From a virus: a DNA stretch of 26,757 nt. Shown in pieces: positions 7,026 to 14,402 of the stretch. The stretch lies in IMG/VR virus record IMGVR_UViG_3300045741_000327. The stretch is one strand, 5' to 3'. The translations under genes were made by a program, and so were the position numbers. The notes under the pieces are model-generated. The model searched no databases and was not told where the DNA came from. It was given only the letters and a program-made list of their open reading frames with translations. Numbering within the stretch: position 1 is the first letter of the stretch; each line of letters starts with the position of its first letter.

Positions 7026-7032
7026 CCATTTT

Positions 7033-7142
7033 GGGAGCCGTGTCACGCCTAGAAGGGGCAGACCAACATTGGGTTGGTCCTGGTGCCACGGCTCCCGTTC
7101 ACTGTAGTACAACCCGCAGTACAACACCAAGGAGTAGTACAA
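7033..7142 (+). promoter_or_regulatory. structured leader before the histone-like gene: 10-bp long-range helix GGGAGCCGTG/CACGGCTCCC around a GACCAAC/GTTGGTC hairpin, then three AGTACAA direct repeats that overlap the RBS
   Basis: Inverted and direct repeats read directly. The third AGTACAA ends at the ATG. Confidence 0.35.
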
Positions 7143-7334
7143 ATGGCCAACAAGCCCGCTGAAACACCTCGCCTCGTCGTCGCCTCCGCCATCAAGGAGG
7201 CCGTGCCGGACGAGTTCCGCGTTGCCGGAGATCTCGCTGACGGCCTGAACGCCAAGGTCGCAGGCCTTCTCAAGGACGCCGCTGCACGCGCCAAGTCGAA
7301 CGGCCGCTCCACGATCCGCCCCGACGACCTCTAG
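7143..7334 (+). CDS. singlet histone-fold DNA-binding protein (bacterial HBb / archaeal HMfB-like)
   Basis: 63-aa product ...RLVVASAIKEAVPDEFRVAGDLADGLNAKVAGLLKDAAARAKSNGRSTIRPDDL. It aligns to the histone-fold pattern of HMfB (IGRIIKDAGAERVSDDA...LARHAGRKTIKAEDI) and Bdellovibrio HBb (VVTSKVKKLIKE...AKADGRKTV..RDI), including the conserved G-R-(K/S)-T-(I/V) and the following acidic residue. AAGGAG RBS at correct spacing. Confidence 0.6.
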   Translation: MANKPAETPRLVVASAIKEAVPDEFRVAGDLADGLNAKVAGLLKDAAARAKSNGRSTIRPDDL

Positions 7335-7359
7335 GTCACCCGCTCTTTAGCTTGGAGAG

Positions 7360-7390
7360 GAGGGGCCCTTCGTGGGCCCCTCTTCGCTTT
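7360..7390 (+). terminator. rho-independent terminator (9-bp GC stem GAGGGGCCC/GGGCCCCTC, loop TTCGT, T-rich tail)
   Basis: Perfect inverted repeat followed by TTCGCTTT, directly after the histone-like gene. Confidence 0.6.
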
Positions 7391-7433
7391 AAGAGCTATC
7401 TATGCTTACGATAAAATCCTACAGGGAGGCTAA

Positions 7434-7613
7434 ATGCCTGATCAGCCAAAGACGGCTCTAGACGTGCTGAGAGAGATCATGATCCACCTCCCTCAAGTAA
7501 TTCACATCGTCGAACAGAAAGATGTTGCTCTTGCACAAGACTTGTCCAAGCATCTAGAGGACTGCCGAAAAGTTCTCAAAGCAGGAGTAGGGCAAGATGC
7601 CGCAGTGCCCTGA
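7434..7613 (+). CDS. hypothetical protein (59 aa; below the ORF-track cutoff)
   Basis: ATG preceded by AGGGAGG. Open to the TGA at 7611-7613. Confidence 0.45.
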   Translation: MPDQPKTALDVLREIMIHLPQVIHIVEQKDVALAQDLSKHLEDCRKVLKAGVGQDAAVP

Positions 7614-7845
7614 GCAGCACCTAGAGCCAGTTCACCACAAGAGGATGTCTAGGTGTCCCCGGTGTCAGCTAACCTGGCACGAGGGGTTCAGAATCCATCC
7701 ACCGGATGAAGCTCCGTCTTGTTCCTTGATCCACTACTTCGACCTTTACGACTGTCCAAGATGCGAATTACTCAATCTTGTGCAGGAAGTAGAGGACGGA
7801 TTAGTGGATCTGGAACCGACGAAGTGGATAAGTCCTCAACTTTAG
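7597..7845 (+). CDS. hypothetical Cys-rich protein (82 aa, CPRC...CPRC)
   Basis: ORF track. Overlaps the previous gene by 17 nt. Confidence 0.45.
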   Translation: MPQCPEQHLEPVHHKRMSRCPRCQLTWHEGFRIHPPDEAPSCSLIHYFDLYDCPRCELLNLVQEVEDGLVDLEPTKWISPQL

Positions 7846-7956
7846 CTATGGTAAGACCATAGCTATTTGAGTCATAAGAATATGGAGAGAAGGCTTTCTC
7901 TTTAGGACCTCCCTGAAGCCCCAGACGAGCTTACAATCGAGCTCTCTGGAGGCAAC

Positions 7957-8037
7957 ATGGCCATCGTTGCATCTGTGCTCACCCTGGTCGTCACCATTCT
8001 TCTCTATACATATTTCCGTTTGGAGAAGGAGGATTGA
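7957..8037 (+). CDS. 26-aa hydrophobic micro-ORF (MAIVASVLTLVVTILLYTYFRLEKED)
   Basis: GGAGG RBS 7 nt upstream. Single TM-like helix. Stop 1 nt before the next gene's ATG. Confidence 0.3.
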   Translation: MAIVASVLTLVVTILLYTYFRLEKED

Positions 8038-8038
8038 G

Positions 8039-8305
8039 ATGACCCTCATTACTGATGCCATGCTGGAGATTGAGCACGGCGTCAGGCAACTTCGCTCTGA
8101 ACTTCAAAGAGCGGAGGAGCTTCTGGTGCGCGCTCAAATGATTCTGCGTCAGAGCGACTTGCACAAAGCTGCGCAGTTGGTAGAAGTGATTCAAGGCTAT
8201 TTGACGAGACATGGTAAGCCCACAACCACACAAGAAGGAGTGACAAGTGAGCGGCGTTCCATTGCAGACGCTGGAGAACATGATCCTACTGGGAATGGCG
8301 TTTGA
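8039..8305 (+). CDS. hypothetical helical protein (88 aa)
   Basis: Internal Met of ORF 7967..8305, directly preceded by AAGGAGGATTGAG. Confidence 0.5.
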   Translation: MTLITDAMLEIEHGVRQLRSELQRAEELLVRAQMILRQSDLHKAAQLVEVIQGYLTRHGKPTTTQEGVTSERRSIADAGEHDPTGNGV

Positions 8306-8576
8306 TGACATCGCCAAGAATCTCGGAATGACCCCAGAAGAACTCGCCAAGCAAATCAAGGACGCCAAGGACGCGGCTGCTGTGACGATCAAGCAGCCTT
8401 GGGGGCAGCCTCTCGTCAAGAACCCCACAAAGACGATTTCAAAGCCCGACCCGGACGCCAAGACTCATCCCTACAAGTGCGCCGCTTGCGGAAAGAGGTT
8501 CATTACCTCCAATGACCGCAATCATTGCCTCGAGCTGCACAAAGCTGATGCCAAGCCAAACCGAACTGAAGCTTGA
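8247..8576 (+). CDS. hypothetical protein (109 aa). Possible HTH-like segment (NLGMTPEELAKQI) and C-terminal Cys/His pair
   Basis: ORF track. GTG start after AAGGAG. Overlaps the previous gene. Confidence 0.4.
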   Translation: MSGVPLQTLENMILLGMAFDDIAKNLGMTPEELAKQIKDAKDAAAVTIKQPWGQPLVKNPTKTISKPDPDAKTHPYKCAACGKRFITSNDRNHCLELHKADAKPNRTEA

Positions 8577-8835
8577 TTTCGAAGAATGCACAGTTTGTAG
8601 AGTCAAGCCCGGCTCTCCCGTACTGTGCGAACCATGCCTCCACAATCGAGCCGTCATCAATGAGCTCGACTCTCGCCTGAGCAGAGTGCCAAAAATGATG
8701 ATTCCAAACTACTCGAAGTGGGAGTTGTTTTGGGTCTTCTTGATACTGGCCGCCTTAGCAATCGGCTGTTGGGAAGGTCTTAGGTGGATTCTAGTTTGGT
8801 TATTCCACCACGTTTCGATTGAGTGGAAGCCCTAA
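8512..8835 (+). CDS. hypothetical protein with C-terminal transmembrane helix (107 aa). Start uncertain
   Basis: ORF track. CxxC pairs then WELFWVFLILAALAIGCWEGLRWILVWLF. Confidence 0.35.
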   Translation: MTAIIASSCTKLMPSQTELKLDFEECTVCRVKPGSPVLCEPCLHNRAVINELDSRLSRVPKMMIPNYSKWELFWVFLILAALAIGCWEGLRWILVWLFHHVSIEWKP

Positions 8836-9359
8836 TGCCGCTCACTAGATGCCCACACTATCTCGTCATTGAAGAAGGCGAGTGCATTGAGTGTTACAAA
8901 GACCAGATAGCTAAGTTGAAGCTTGATCTTGGCCGCATGACAGACAATCATGACAAATGCGGCAGAGCTCTCATGGAAACCAGGGCGGAGGCTGAGAGAG
9001 CCTATAAGCTCTTTCCACCCCTTCTAAAGGGCGTCTGTGAAGCTCTGAAGGGTACTCCTCCACCAGAATCGTTGGTCATGTACGACTGGTCAGATCTCCC
9101 AGTCGTAGCAAAGCAGCTGGTGGAGAAGTTCGACAAGGCTTTTAGCCTGCTCTTGAAAATCCAGTGGGTTGAGAGCGAGTACAAAGGTCGGGAATATGAG
9201 TTCTGCCCAGTCTGTGGAAACATAAACGCCCACACCCATGGGTGCGAACTCGGTGACTTCATCTATGCCAACTGCAAGCATGAGATGAAGCGTGGTGAGG
9301 TATCGAGCATGTGCACCAAGTGCCGCTTCACCAAATGGGATGGCGATGAGACGTCCTAG
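8835..9359 (+). CDS. hypothetical Cys-rich protein (174 aa; multiple CxxC zinc-ribbon-like pairs)
   Basis: Internal ATG of ORF 8823 with TAATG overlap on the previous stop. Confidence 0.6.
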   Translation: MPLTRCPHYLVIEEGECIECYKDQIAKLKLDLGRMTDNHDKCGRALMETRAEAERAYKLFPPLLKGVCEALKGTPPPESLVMYDWSDLPVVAKQLVEKFDKAFSLLLKIQWVESEYKGREYEFCPVCGNINAHTHGCELGDFIYANCKHEMKRGEVSSMCTKCRFTKWDGDETS

Positions 9360-9557
9360 GTTTCTTCCAAGATCTGTGTGGTGGTCTCTTTCACAGACTG
9401 AAAGAAACGCTACAGAAGTGAGGAAGACACCATCTGGGAGATATCACGTCACCATTTTCTACTGGTACTGTGAGCCGTCCGACACTTGGGTGATGCGAGA
9501 TGCACACAAGGGCGTTCTCGTACCATTCGGATACATTCTACCGGATTAGGAGAAACA

Positions 9558-9758
9558 ATGAACCCGGCACTAATCTTCATCGGCTGCATCATAGTGCTGG
9601 TGCTTGCTGGTGGCCTGGGTGTCAAAACCTGGCGTAAATGGGATGAGCAGAAATCCAGGAAGCTAGTCTCCAACCTCAAAGCCATGAGTGCACGCCGGCG
9701 TGCGCAAGAACCAACAGACGTATGGGAAGCCTGGAACTCAGAGAAGAGCGATGGGTAG
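9558..9758 (+). CDS. small membrane protein (66 aa)
   Basis: Internal Met of ORF 9486. AGGAGAAACA RBS. N-terminal TM helix ALIFIGCIIVLVLAGGLGV. Confidence 0.5.
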   Translation: MNPALIFIGCIIVLVLAGGLGVKTWRKWDEQKSRKLVSNLKAMSARRRAQEPTDVWEAWNSEKSDG

Positions 9759-10149
9759 TTTCGCCTACGGAACTCCACGGAACCGACAATGGAGAAAGGG
9801 TGTCTGGCTCCGATGCTGTGGGCACAACCCGGCCCTAGAGAAACAGATCCTCAAGAAGGCTCGCTGGGGCGAGTACATCAGCTACATCAAGATCGTAGAG
9901 GTCAAGCCGGACGGCTTTGTCATCGTAGAAGCCTGGTGCAAGAGGCCGGTGATAGACTCTGGCAAGAACTTCACGTGGAACAGACACACCGTCATCCACC
10001 TGTACATCAAGGAAGATCCCAACTGGGTATGCGACCTGAATCTAGGTCGCGGTATGCCGAAGGCTGAGTGGAAGCTCTACGAAGAGGAGGAAGCTCGTGA
10101 GCAGCGAAGTCAAAGTCGTAGCAACAAAGACGCACCGAGCAAAAGATAA
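9751..10149 (+). CDS. hypothetical protein (132 aa)
   Basis: Internal Met of ORF 9688. Overlaps the previous stop. Confidence 0.45.
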   Translation: MGSFAYGTPRNRQWRKGVWLRCCGHNPALEKQILKKARWGEYISYIKIVEVKPDGFVIVEAWCKRPVIDSGKNFTWNRHTVIHLYIKEDPNWVCDLNLGRGMPKAEWKLYEEEEAREQRSQSRSNKDAPSKR

Positions 10150-10360
10150 GCAAGGGAGACAACTCGGCCACATTGGCGAAGTTGAGCGAAGAGTCATCAA
10201 GAATGTTGCAACCTTCGGCGGGAAGCGTTTTGCTGCCTGGCGTAGATTGACTGCCAATGGCGTTCCTATTGGCAGGCCAGAACGTTTTGATACCTTCTCA
10301 ACCGAAGAGAAAGCCATCGAGCACGCTGAGCGCATCTGCAAGAGCTCACAGGTAGAGTGA
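10097..10360 (+). CDS. hypothetical protein (87 aa)
   Basis: GTG start 7 nt after AGGAGG. Confidence 0.45.
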   Translation: MSSEVKVVATKTHRAKDKQGRQLGHIGEVERRVIKNVATFGGKRFAAWRRLTANGVPIGRPERFDTFSTEEKAIEHAERICKSSQVE

Positions 10361-10532
10361 TGACGGACGAAGAGTTCAAGGCACTCAACATCAGGCCGCC
10401 ACAGCCGTTAGACAAGCAGTGCGTACAGATGCACAAGCTGGGCTATTGTGTCTGTACGATGGTGGACTGTATGTGGTGTGATGGTCGTCATCCTCCAAGC
10501 AAAAACTGCCGAAAAATAGAAGGAGGTGCGAA

Positions 10533-11000
10533 GTGAGCATGGTAGAGATGGAAAAGCAGATTGCGGACATCAAGCGCCGATTCGCAGACGAGTGCGCAGC
10601 GATCCGGCAGGCGCAGAACGCGCAGAGTATCCGCCTCTCCGCCCTGGAGGCGCAGGATCCCGCGCCCAAGCCCGCCGCGTGCGGTCCCAGCTGCGTGGGG
10701 ACGTGCCTGGCGTCCGGTCCGCATCTGCGCGATCTGGCGGCGACGCACTTCCCCTGCTTCGGCTGGCGCTGCGACGGCACCGGCCCCGCGCACAACGCCA
10801 CCCCGCCCGCCGCCGCTGACGCGGTGACGCGCGAGGAATTGGCCGAGGCGCTGCGGTTGCTGCATGGGTGGTTCAAGACGGTCGCCGAGATCATCGAAGC
10901 AGATCACGGTGCGGACGAGGAGGACATTGCTGGCGCGCAGGGCGTGCTGGCCGACACCGACACCCTCCTCGCCCGCCTCGACGCGGAGGCCAAGCCGTGA
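10533..11000 (+). CDS. hypothetical Ala/Pro/Cys-rich protein encoded by a sharply GC-rich (~70+%) island
   Basis: ORF track. GAAGGAGG upstream. Codon usage is dominated by GCG/CGC/GCC, unlike the ~50% GC neighbours. Confidence 0.6.
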   Translation: MSMVEMEKQIADIKRRFADECAAIRQAQNAQSIRLSALEAQDPAPKPAACGPSCVGTCLASGPHLRDLAATHFPCFGWRCDGTGPAHNATPPAAADAVTREELAEALRLLHGWFKTVAEIIEADHGADEEDIAGAQGVLADTDTLLARLDAEAKP

Positions 11001-11410
11001 CAGAGGCAAGCAACTGCGAGATTTGTGGTAGACCACTACGCCAAACAGACACAGAAACAGGGTGTCTTGCTGCCTCATACAGAAAACTTGGGTATAGCCT
11101 AGAGAATGCAGTCGGTATTGATTTTGACTGTTATCGTCTAGGCTACGAGCGACTCAAGGCTGAAATCAAACAAAAGAATATCGTAGCAAGCGATCCTCAG
11201 ATGAGGTGCACGGGTACGTTAGTTCACAGTGAGTTTGAGAACTGTCCAGTACATCCCGTTCACACAATGCAACCAATAGGCTCTCCGTGTGGGTACTCTG
11301 ATGGTTGCATCTGCGGTCAGAACTGTGACGATGCAGCTGCTGAAGTCGAAGTAACTGCCGACGCAGAAGAACCAATCGATCCCCACGAGCCTAAGTTCCC
11401 AATCCCGTGA
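10997..11410 (+). CDS. hypothetical Cys-rich (zinc-ribbon-like) protein (137 aa)
   Basis: GTG start overlapping the previous TGA (GTGA). The upstream part of track ORF 10868 is the alternative frame of the GC-rich gene. Confidence 0.45.
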   Translation: MTEASNCEICGRPLRQTDTETGCLAASYRKLGYSLENAVGIDFDCYRLGYERLKAEIKQKNIVASDPQMRCTGTLVHSEFENCPVHPVHTMQPIGSPCGYSDGCICGQNCDDAAAEVEVTADAEEPIDPHEPKFPIP

Positions 11411-11604
11411 GCTCAACCATCTACAAATACAAAGTAGATTGGAAGTGCCCTCTGTGTGGGCGTGTTTTCCCCGCTGCGAAAGTTCAGACGGAAGTCAGCT
11501 ACAAGGACGTGCGAGAATCTGCTAGGGTTTACCGTGAATCCCTCTACAAACTATTGGAGGAACGGGAGACCCACCTCAGGGCACACTCTCAGTCCAAAAA
11601 ATGA
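11407..11604 (+). CDS. hypothetical small protein with CPLCG motif (65 aa)
   Basis: ORF track. GTGA overlap with the previous gene. Confidence 0.5.
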   Translation: MSSTIYKYKVDWKCPLCGRVFPAAKVQTEVSYKDVRESARVYRESLYKLLEERETHLRAHSQSKK

Positions 11605-11813
11605 CTCGAACGGCAATGGCACACGAGACCAAGACCGCAAAAGCATCCAAGCTGTTCCAGCACCAAACAAACGAACAACTAAGGCGAGCCTTTCAGGATG
11701 CCATGCGAGACATGGCTGATAGGCGGCCAAGGACTCTTGCTGCAATGCACGAGGAGGTTACTTGGTATCACAAGCTGAGGGACGAGATGCAGAGGAGAGG
11801 CATTCGTCCGTAG
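11601..11813 (+). CDS. hypothetical basic protein (70 aa)
   Basis: ORF track. ATGA overlap. Confidence 0.5.
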   Translation: MTRTAMAHETKTAKASKLFQHQTNEQLRRAFQDAMRDMADRRPRTLAAMHEEVTWYHKLRDEMQRRGIRP

Positions 11814-11977
11814 CTCCGTGCGCCCACGAACATTACGAGCACTTGGCGGATAGGTCTTCCACTACCGCAGGGTGCATCTATTGGTGCCAGGACTGCGGAG
11901 CTATCTCCATCACCACAGACCGTCGAACCCGTAGTTGGCGACTGCCAACAACTAGGAGAGAGCACCAAGATGCCTGA
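11762..11977 (+). CDS. hypothetical Cys/His-rich protein. Start uncertain (TTG)
   Basis: ORF track. CxHEH...CxxWCxDC pattern. Confidence 0.3.
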   Translation: MVSQAEGRDAEERHSSVAPCAHEHYEHLADRSSTTAGCIYWCQDCGAISITTDRRTRSWRLPTTRREHQDA

Positions 11978-12323
11978 GACCAAGAAGAAGTGGCTCTGTG
12001 TTTGTGAGGGAGGGACCAATCGATCTGTAGCGTTGGCCCTCCAGCTCAAACAGGCAGGTCAAGACGCTCTTGCTGGATCGTGGCGTTACAACTCTCCAGA
12101 GACGTTCCAGATGTTGGTCCTCTGGGCCGATTACGTCGTCGTCATGCAGGCTGAGTTTGCGCCGATTCTGCATGAACAACTTGGCCTGTCTCATTTGATT
12201 GGAGACAAGATGCGCTGTGTAGACGTCGGTCCAGATGTCTACGGTAGCGGAACTCACTTGGGCCTAAACCAATTTCTCCAAGGCGTAGTGGCCGAATGGA
12301 GACAAAAGAGCTGGGAGCTCTGA
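11970..12323 (+). CDS. low-molecular-weight protein-tyrosine phosphatase / ArsC-family phosphatase-like protein
   Basis: N-terminal P-loop LCVCEGGTNRS gives the C-x5-R-S signature. A downstream D-V-Y-G matches the D-P-Y-Y-G acid loop of LMW-PTPs. GGAGAGAG RBS. Confidence 0.65.
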   Translation: MPETKKKWLCVCEGGTNRSVALALQLKQAGQDALAGSWRYNSPETFQMLVLWADYVVVMQAEFAPILHEQLGLSHLIGDKMRCVDVGPDVYGSGTHLGLNQFLQGVVAEWRQKSWEL

Positions 12324-12595
12324 TGGAAAAGATGATCGAGGCATTTGTTCGACAAGTGAAGGCAGTGGACCCTGAACCAGTGGTCCACAAGGACAAGCCA
12401 GCGATTTACCCAACACGCGAGGAAGTAGTCAAGAACAGGAAGTTCCAGATCACCCTCGAGCTGCACCACGACGACATGATCAAGAAGTGGAACATGCCAG
12501 GAGTGCCGACATCCAACCTGTACCTCATCTTCACTGAAGTCCCGGCATGGGCAAAGGTTGGAACGGTCGTGAAGTGGAAGATGATCGAAGAGTAG
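12296..12595 (+). CDS. hypothetical protein (99 aa; alternative start 12323 with TGATG overlap)
   Basis: ORF track. Confidence 0.5.
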   Translation: METKELGALMEKMIEAFVRQVKAVDPEPVVHKDKPAIYPTREEVVKNRKFQITLELHHDDMIKKWNMPGVPTSNLYLIFTEVPAWAKVGTVVKWKMIEE

Positions 12596-12628
12596 TCCCG
12601 CAGTAATCCCCCAACAGGAGAAGAACCA

Positions 12629-13018
12629 ATGGCAGAGGCAGTCGCCTTTACCGCACCCGAGGTGTGCCCAGCGTGCAGGCGGGCATTCTTCGAGGGCTGG
12701 CAGAAGCTGGTCGAACTCCCCACCAACAAGCCCAGGTGCCAGGACGTGAAGGAAGGAGAGAAGACGATCCCTGGCTGCGGCAGGCCGTACACCGGCAAGA
12801 TCGGCAAGATCGACAACACCGGTGACACCAAGATCATGTGGGACAAGGACAACCCCGACGAGGTGGATGCCGCCAGGCTCCAGTTCGAGCACCTGACCAA
12901 GAAGGGGTACCTGGCGTACAAGGCCGAGGGGAACAAGGGCGAGAAGGGGGAGAAGGTCACCAAGTTCGACCCCACCGCCGAGCGGCTGATCCTCACTCCT
13001 CCACTTCGCGGAGGGTAG
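12629..13018 (+). CDS. hypothetical protein (129 aa), CPAC...C...C motif, Lys/Gly-rich C-terminus
   Basis: ORF track. ACAGGAGAAGAA RBS. Confidence 0.65.
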   Translation: MAEAVAFTAPEVCPACRRAFFEGWQKLVELPTNKPRCQDVKEGEKTIPGCGRPYTGKIGKIDNTGDTKIMWDKDNPDEVDAARLQFEHLTKKGYLAYKAEGNKGEKGEKVTKFDPTAERLILTPPLRGG

Positions 13019-13028
13019 GAGCCGGGTC

Positions 13029-13901
13029 ATGCGAGACCTGACTCCAAAAGCCAGCCGACCAAAGAAATACTTCGGAGAGGGTTACATCAAGAAGACGATC
13101 GGCTGGTGGAAGGAAAGGAAGAGGCCCGCGCCAGACCCAGAAGTCCAGAGGATTGCACAACCTGCAATGGGTGGATTCGATACCGCTCCCACCGGCGGTA
13201 GTACGGTAATCCACCCAGTAACCTACAACATGCAGGTGTGGACCAACTGGAACCTCGACACTGCCACCACGATAAATACCATCCCGACTCAGGTGTGGGG
13301 CACGTGGAACAACGTCTACCATACCAATCATGTCACAGCAATCACCAACAACACTGTGATTTGGCAGACGTGGAATGGTCAGACGGGGGCAGCACCGATC
13401 ATCCAAGTGATGACCAATGTCTGGGAGCCCTGGAACGAGGCTTACAGGCAGAGACCAGCACGGCACATCGTAGCTGCGACTCCAGAAGAGATCGCTGCAC
13501 AACGTGAGCGTGAGCGCGTCGCGCGTGAACGTTGGGAGGCGGAAGAGAAGGCCAGGATTGCTGGACAGGAGATTGCCAAGATGAAGGCAAGGCAGCTCCT
13601 GCTCGAGCACCTGACCCCGAAGCAGAAGGAGCAGTACGAGAAGCTCGCCTACTTCGACCTGGAGATCGGTGGCAGGATCTACAGAATCCGAAGGGGTTGG
13701 TCTGGCAACGTCCAGCGCATCAAGAAGGATGAGAAGGGCGTAGACAAGATGCTCGAATCCTTCTGCATCCACCCGAGCGAGTGGGTTCCCGAAGAGGACA
13801 ACCTACTCGCTCAGAAGCTGCTGCTGGAGACATCCGAGGAGGATTTCAGGAAGATCGCCAACATCTCCCGGCACGTTCCAGAAGCAGAGCTGCGCTGTTA
13901 G
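13029..13901 (+). CDS. hypothetical protein (290 aa) with four tandem Trp-x2-Trp-Asn repeats and a C-terminal coiled coil
   Basis: VWTNWN / VWGTWNN / IWQTWNG / VWEPWNE at ~20-aa periodicity. GGTAGGAG RBS. Confidence 0.7.
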   Translation: MRDLTPKASRPKKYFGEGYIKKTIGWWKERKRPAPDPEVQRIAQPAMGGFDTAPTGGSTVIHPVTYNMQVWTNWNLDTATTINTIPTQVWGTWNNVYHTNHVTAITNNTVIWQTWNGQTGAAPIIQVMTNVWEPWNEAYRQRPARHIVAATPEEIAAQRERERVARERWEAEEKARIAGQEIAKMKARQLLLEHLTPKQKEQYEKLAYFDLEIGGRIYRIRRGWSGNVQRIKKDEKGVDKMLESFCIHPSEWVPEEDNLLAQKLLLETSEEDFRKIANISRHVPEAELRC

Positions 13902-13953
13902 TCCCAAGAGTCGGGGCGTGGAGTAATCTACGCCCCGACTCAAGGAGGTTCAA

Positions 13954-14199
13954 ATGGTCACCTTGTACCCAGCGTGTAAATGCTGCGGCAGCGTCGAGCA
14001 CAAGACACCACCATGCTGGGTAGAGCGGTATGGCGGGAAAAGTTCTTCAGTAGAACGTCTTGCAAAGGCCGTGATCCTTTTTCACTACGGTGGCCCGTGG
14101 CACGCAGAACAACAGGAAGAGTGGGAAAAGCTAACCGGAACCAAAGACGCAACTACCAAAAACCTGTGCGACTTTGCCAGGGGGATGCTCACACAATGA
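13954..14199 (+). CDS. hypothetical Cys-rich protein (81 aa)
   Basis: ORF track. AAGGAGG RBS. Confidence 0.65.
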   Translation: MVTLYPACKCCGSVEHKTPPCWVERYGGKSSSVERLAKAVILFHYGGPWHAEQQEEWEKLTGTKDATTKNLCDFARGMLTQ

Positions 14200-14402
14200 A
14201 AAGCAAAGAAGAAGTGGCATCCACTGCTGTACACAATGCATTCGAGTGCTTCAGTAAACCTCCCTGCAAACAATGCCAGGACGTAATCAGGACATTGGGG
14301 GAGATCAAGTCAGTAAAGAAGAGAGAAGAAGCATACGACCTCATCGCCAAGCTAAACGCCATCCTCAAGCCAAAGAAGAAGGCCAAGAAAAGGGTGAAGT
14401 AA
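14196..14402 (+). CDS. hypothetical protein with Lys-rich C-terminal tail (68 aa)
   Basis: Internal Met of ORF 13980. ATGA overlap with the previous stop. Confidence 0.5.
   Translation: MKSKEEVASTAVHNAFECFSKPPCKQCQDVIRTLGEIKSVKKREEAYDLIAKLNAILKPKKKAKKRVK

Noticed and set aside
10868-10996. N-terminal 43 residues of track ORF 10868..11410
   Set aside because: This stretch is the alternative frame of the GC-rich gene (Arg-rich artefact). The real start is most likely the GTG at 10997 overlapping the upstream stop.
12254-13772. Two ~258-aa minus-strand ORFs (12254-13030, 12993-13772)
   Set aside because: They oppose + strand genes with good RBSs and overlap patterns. Typical long antisense ORFs of GC-rich DNA.
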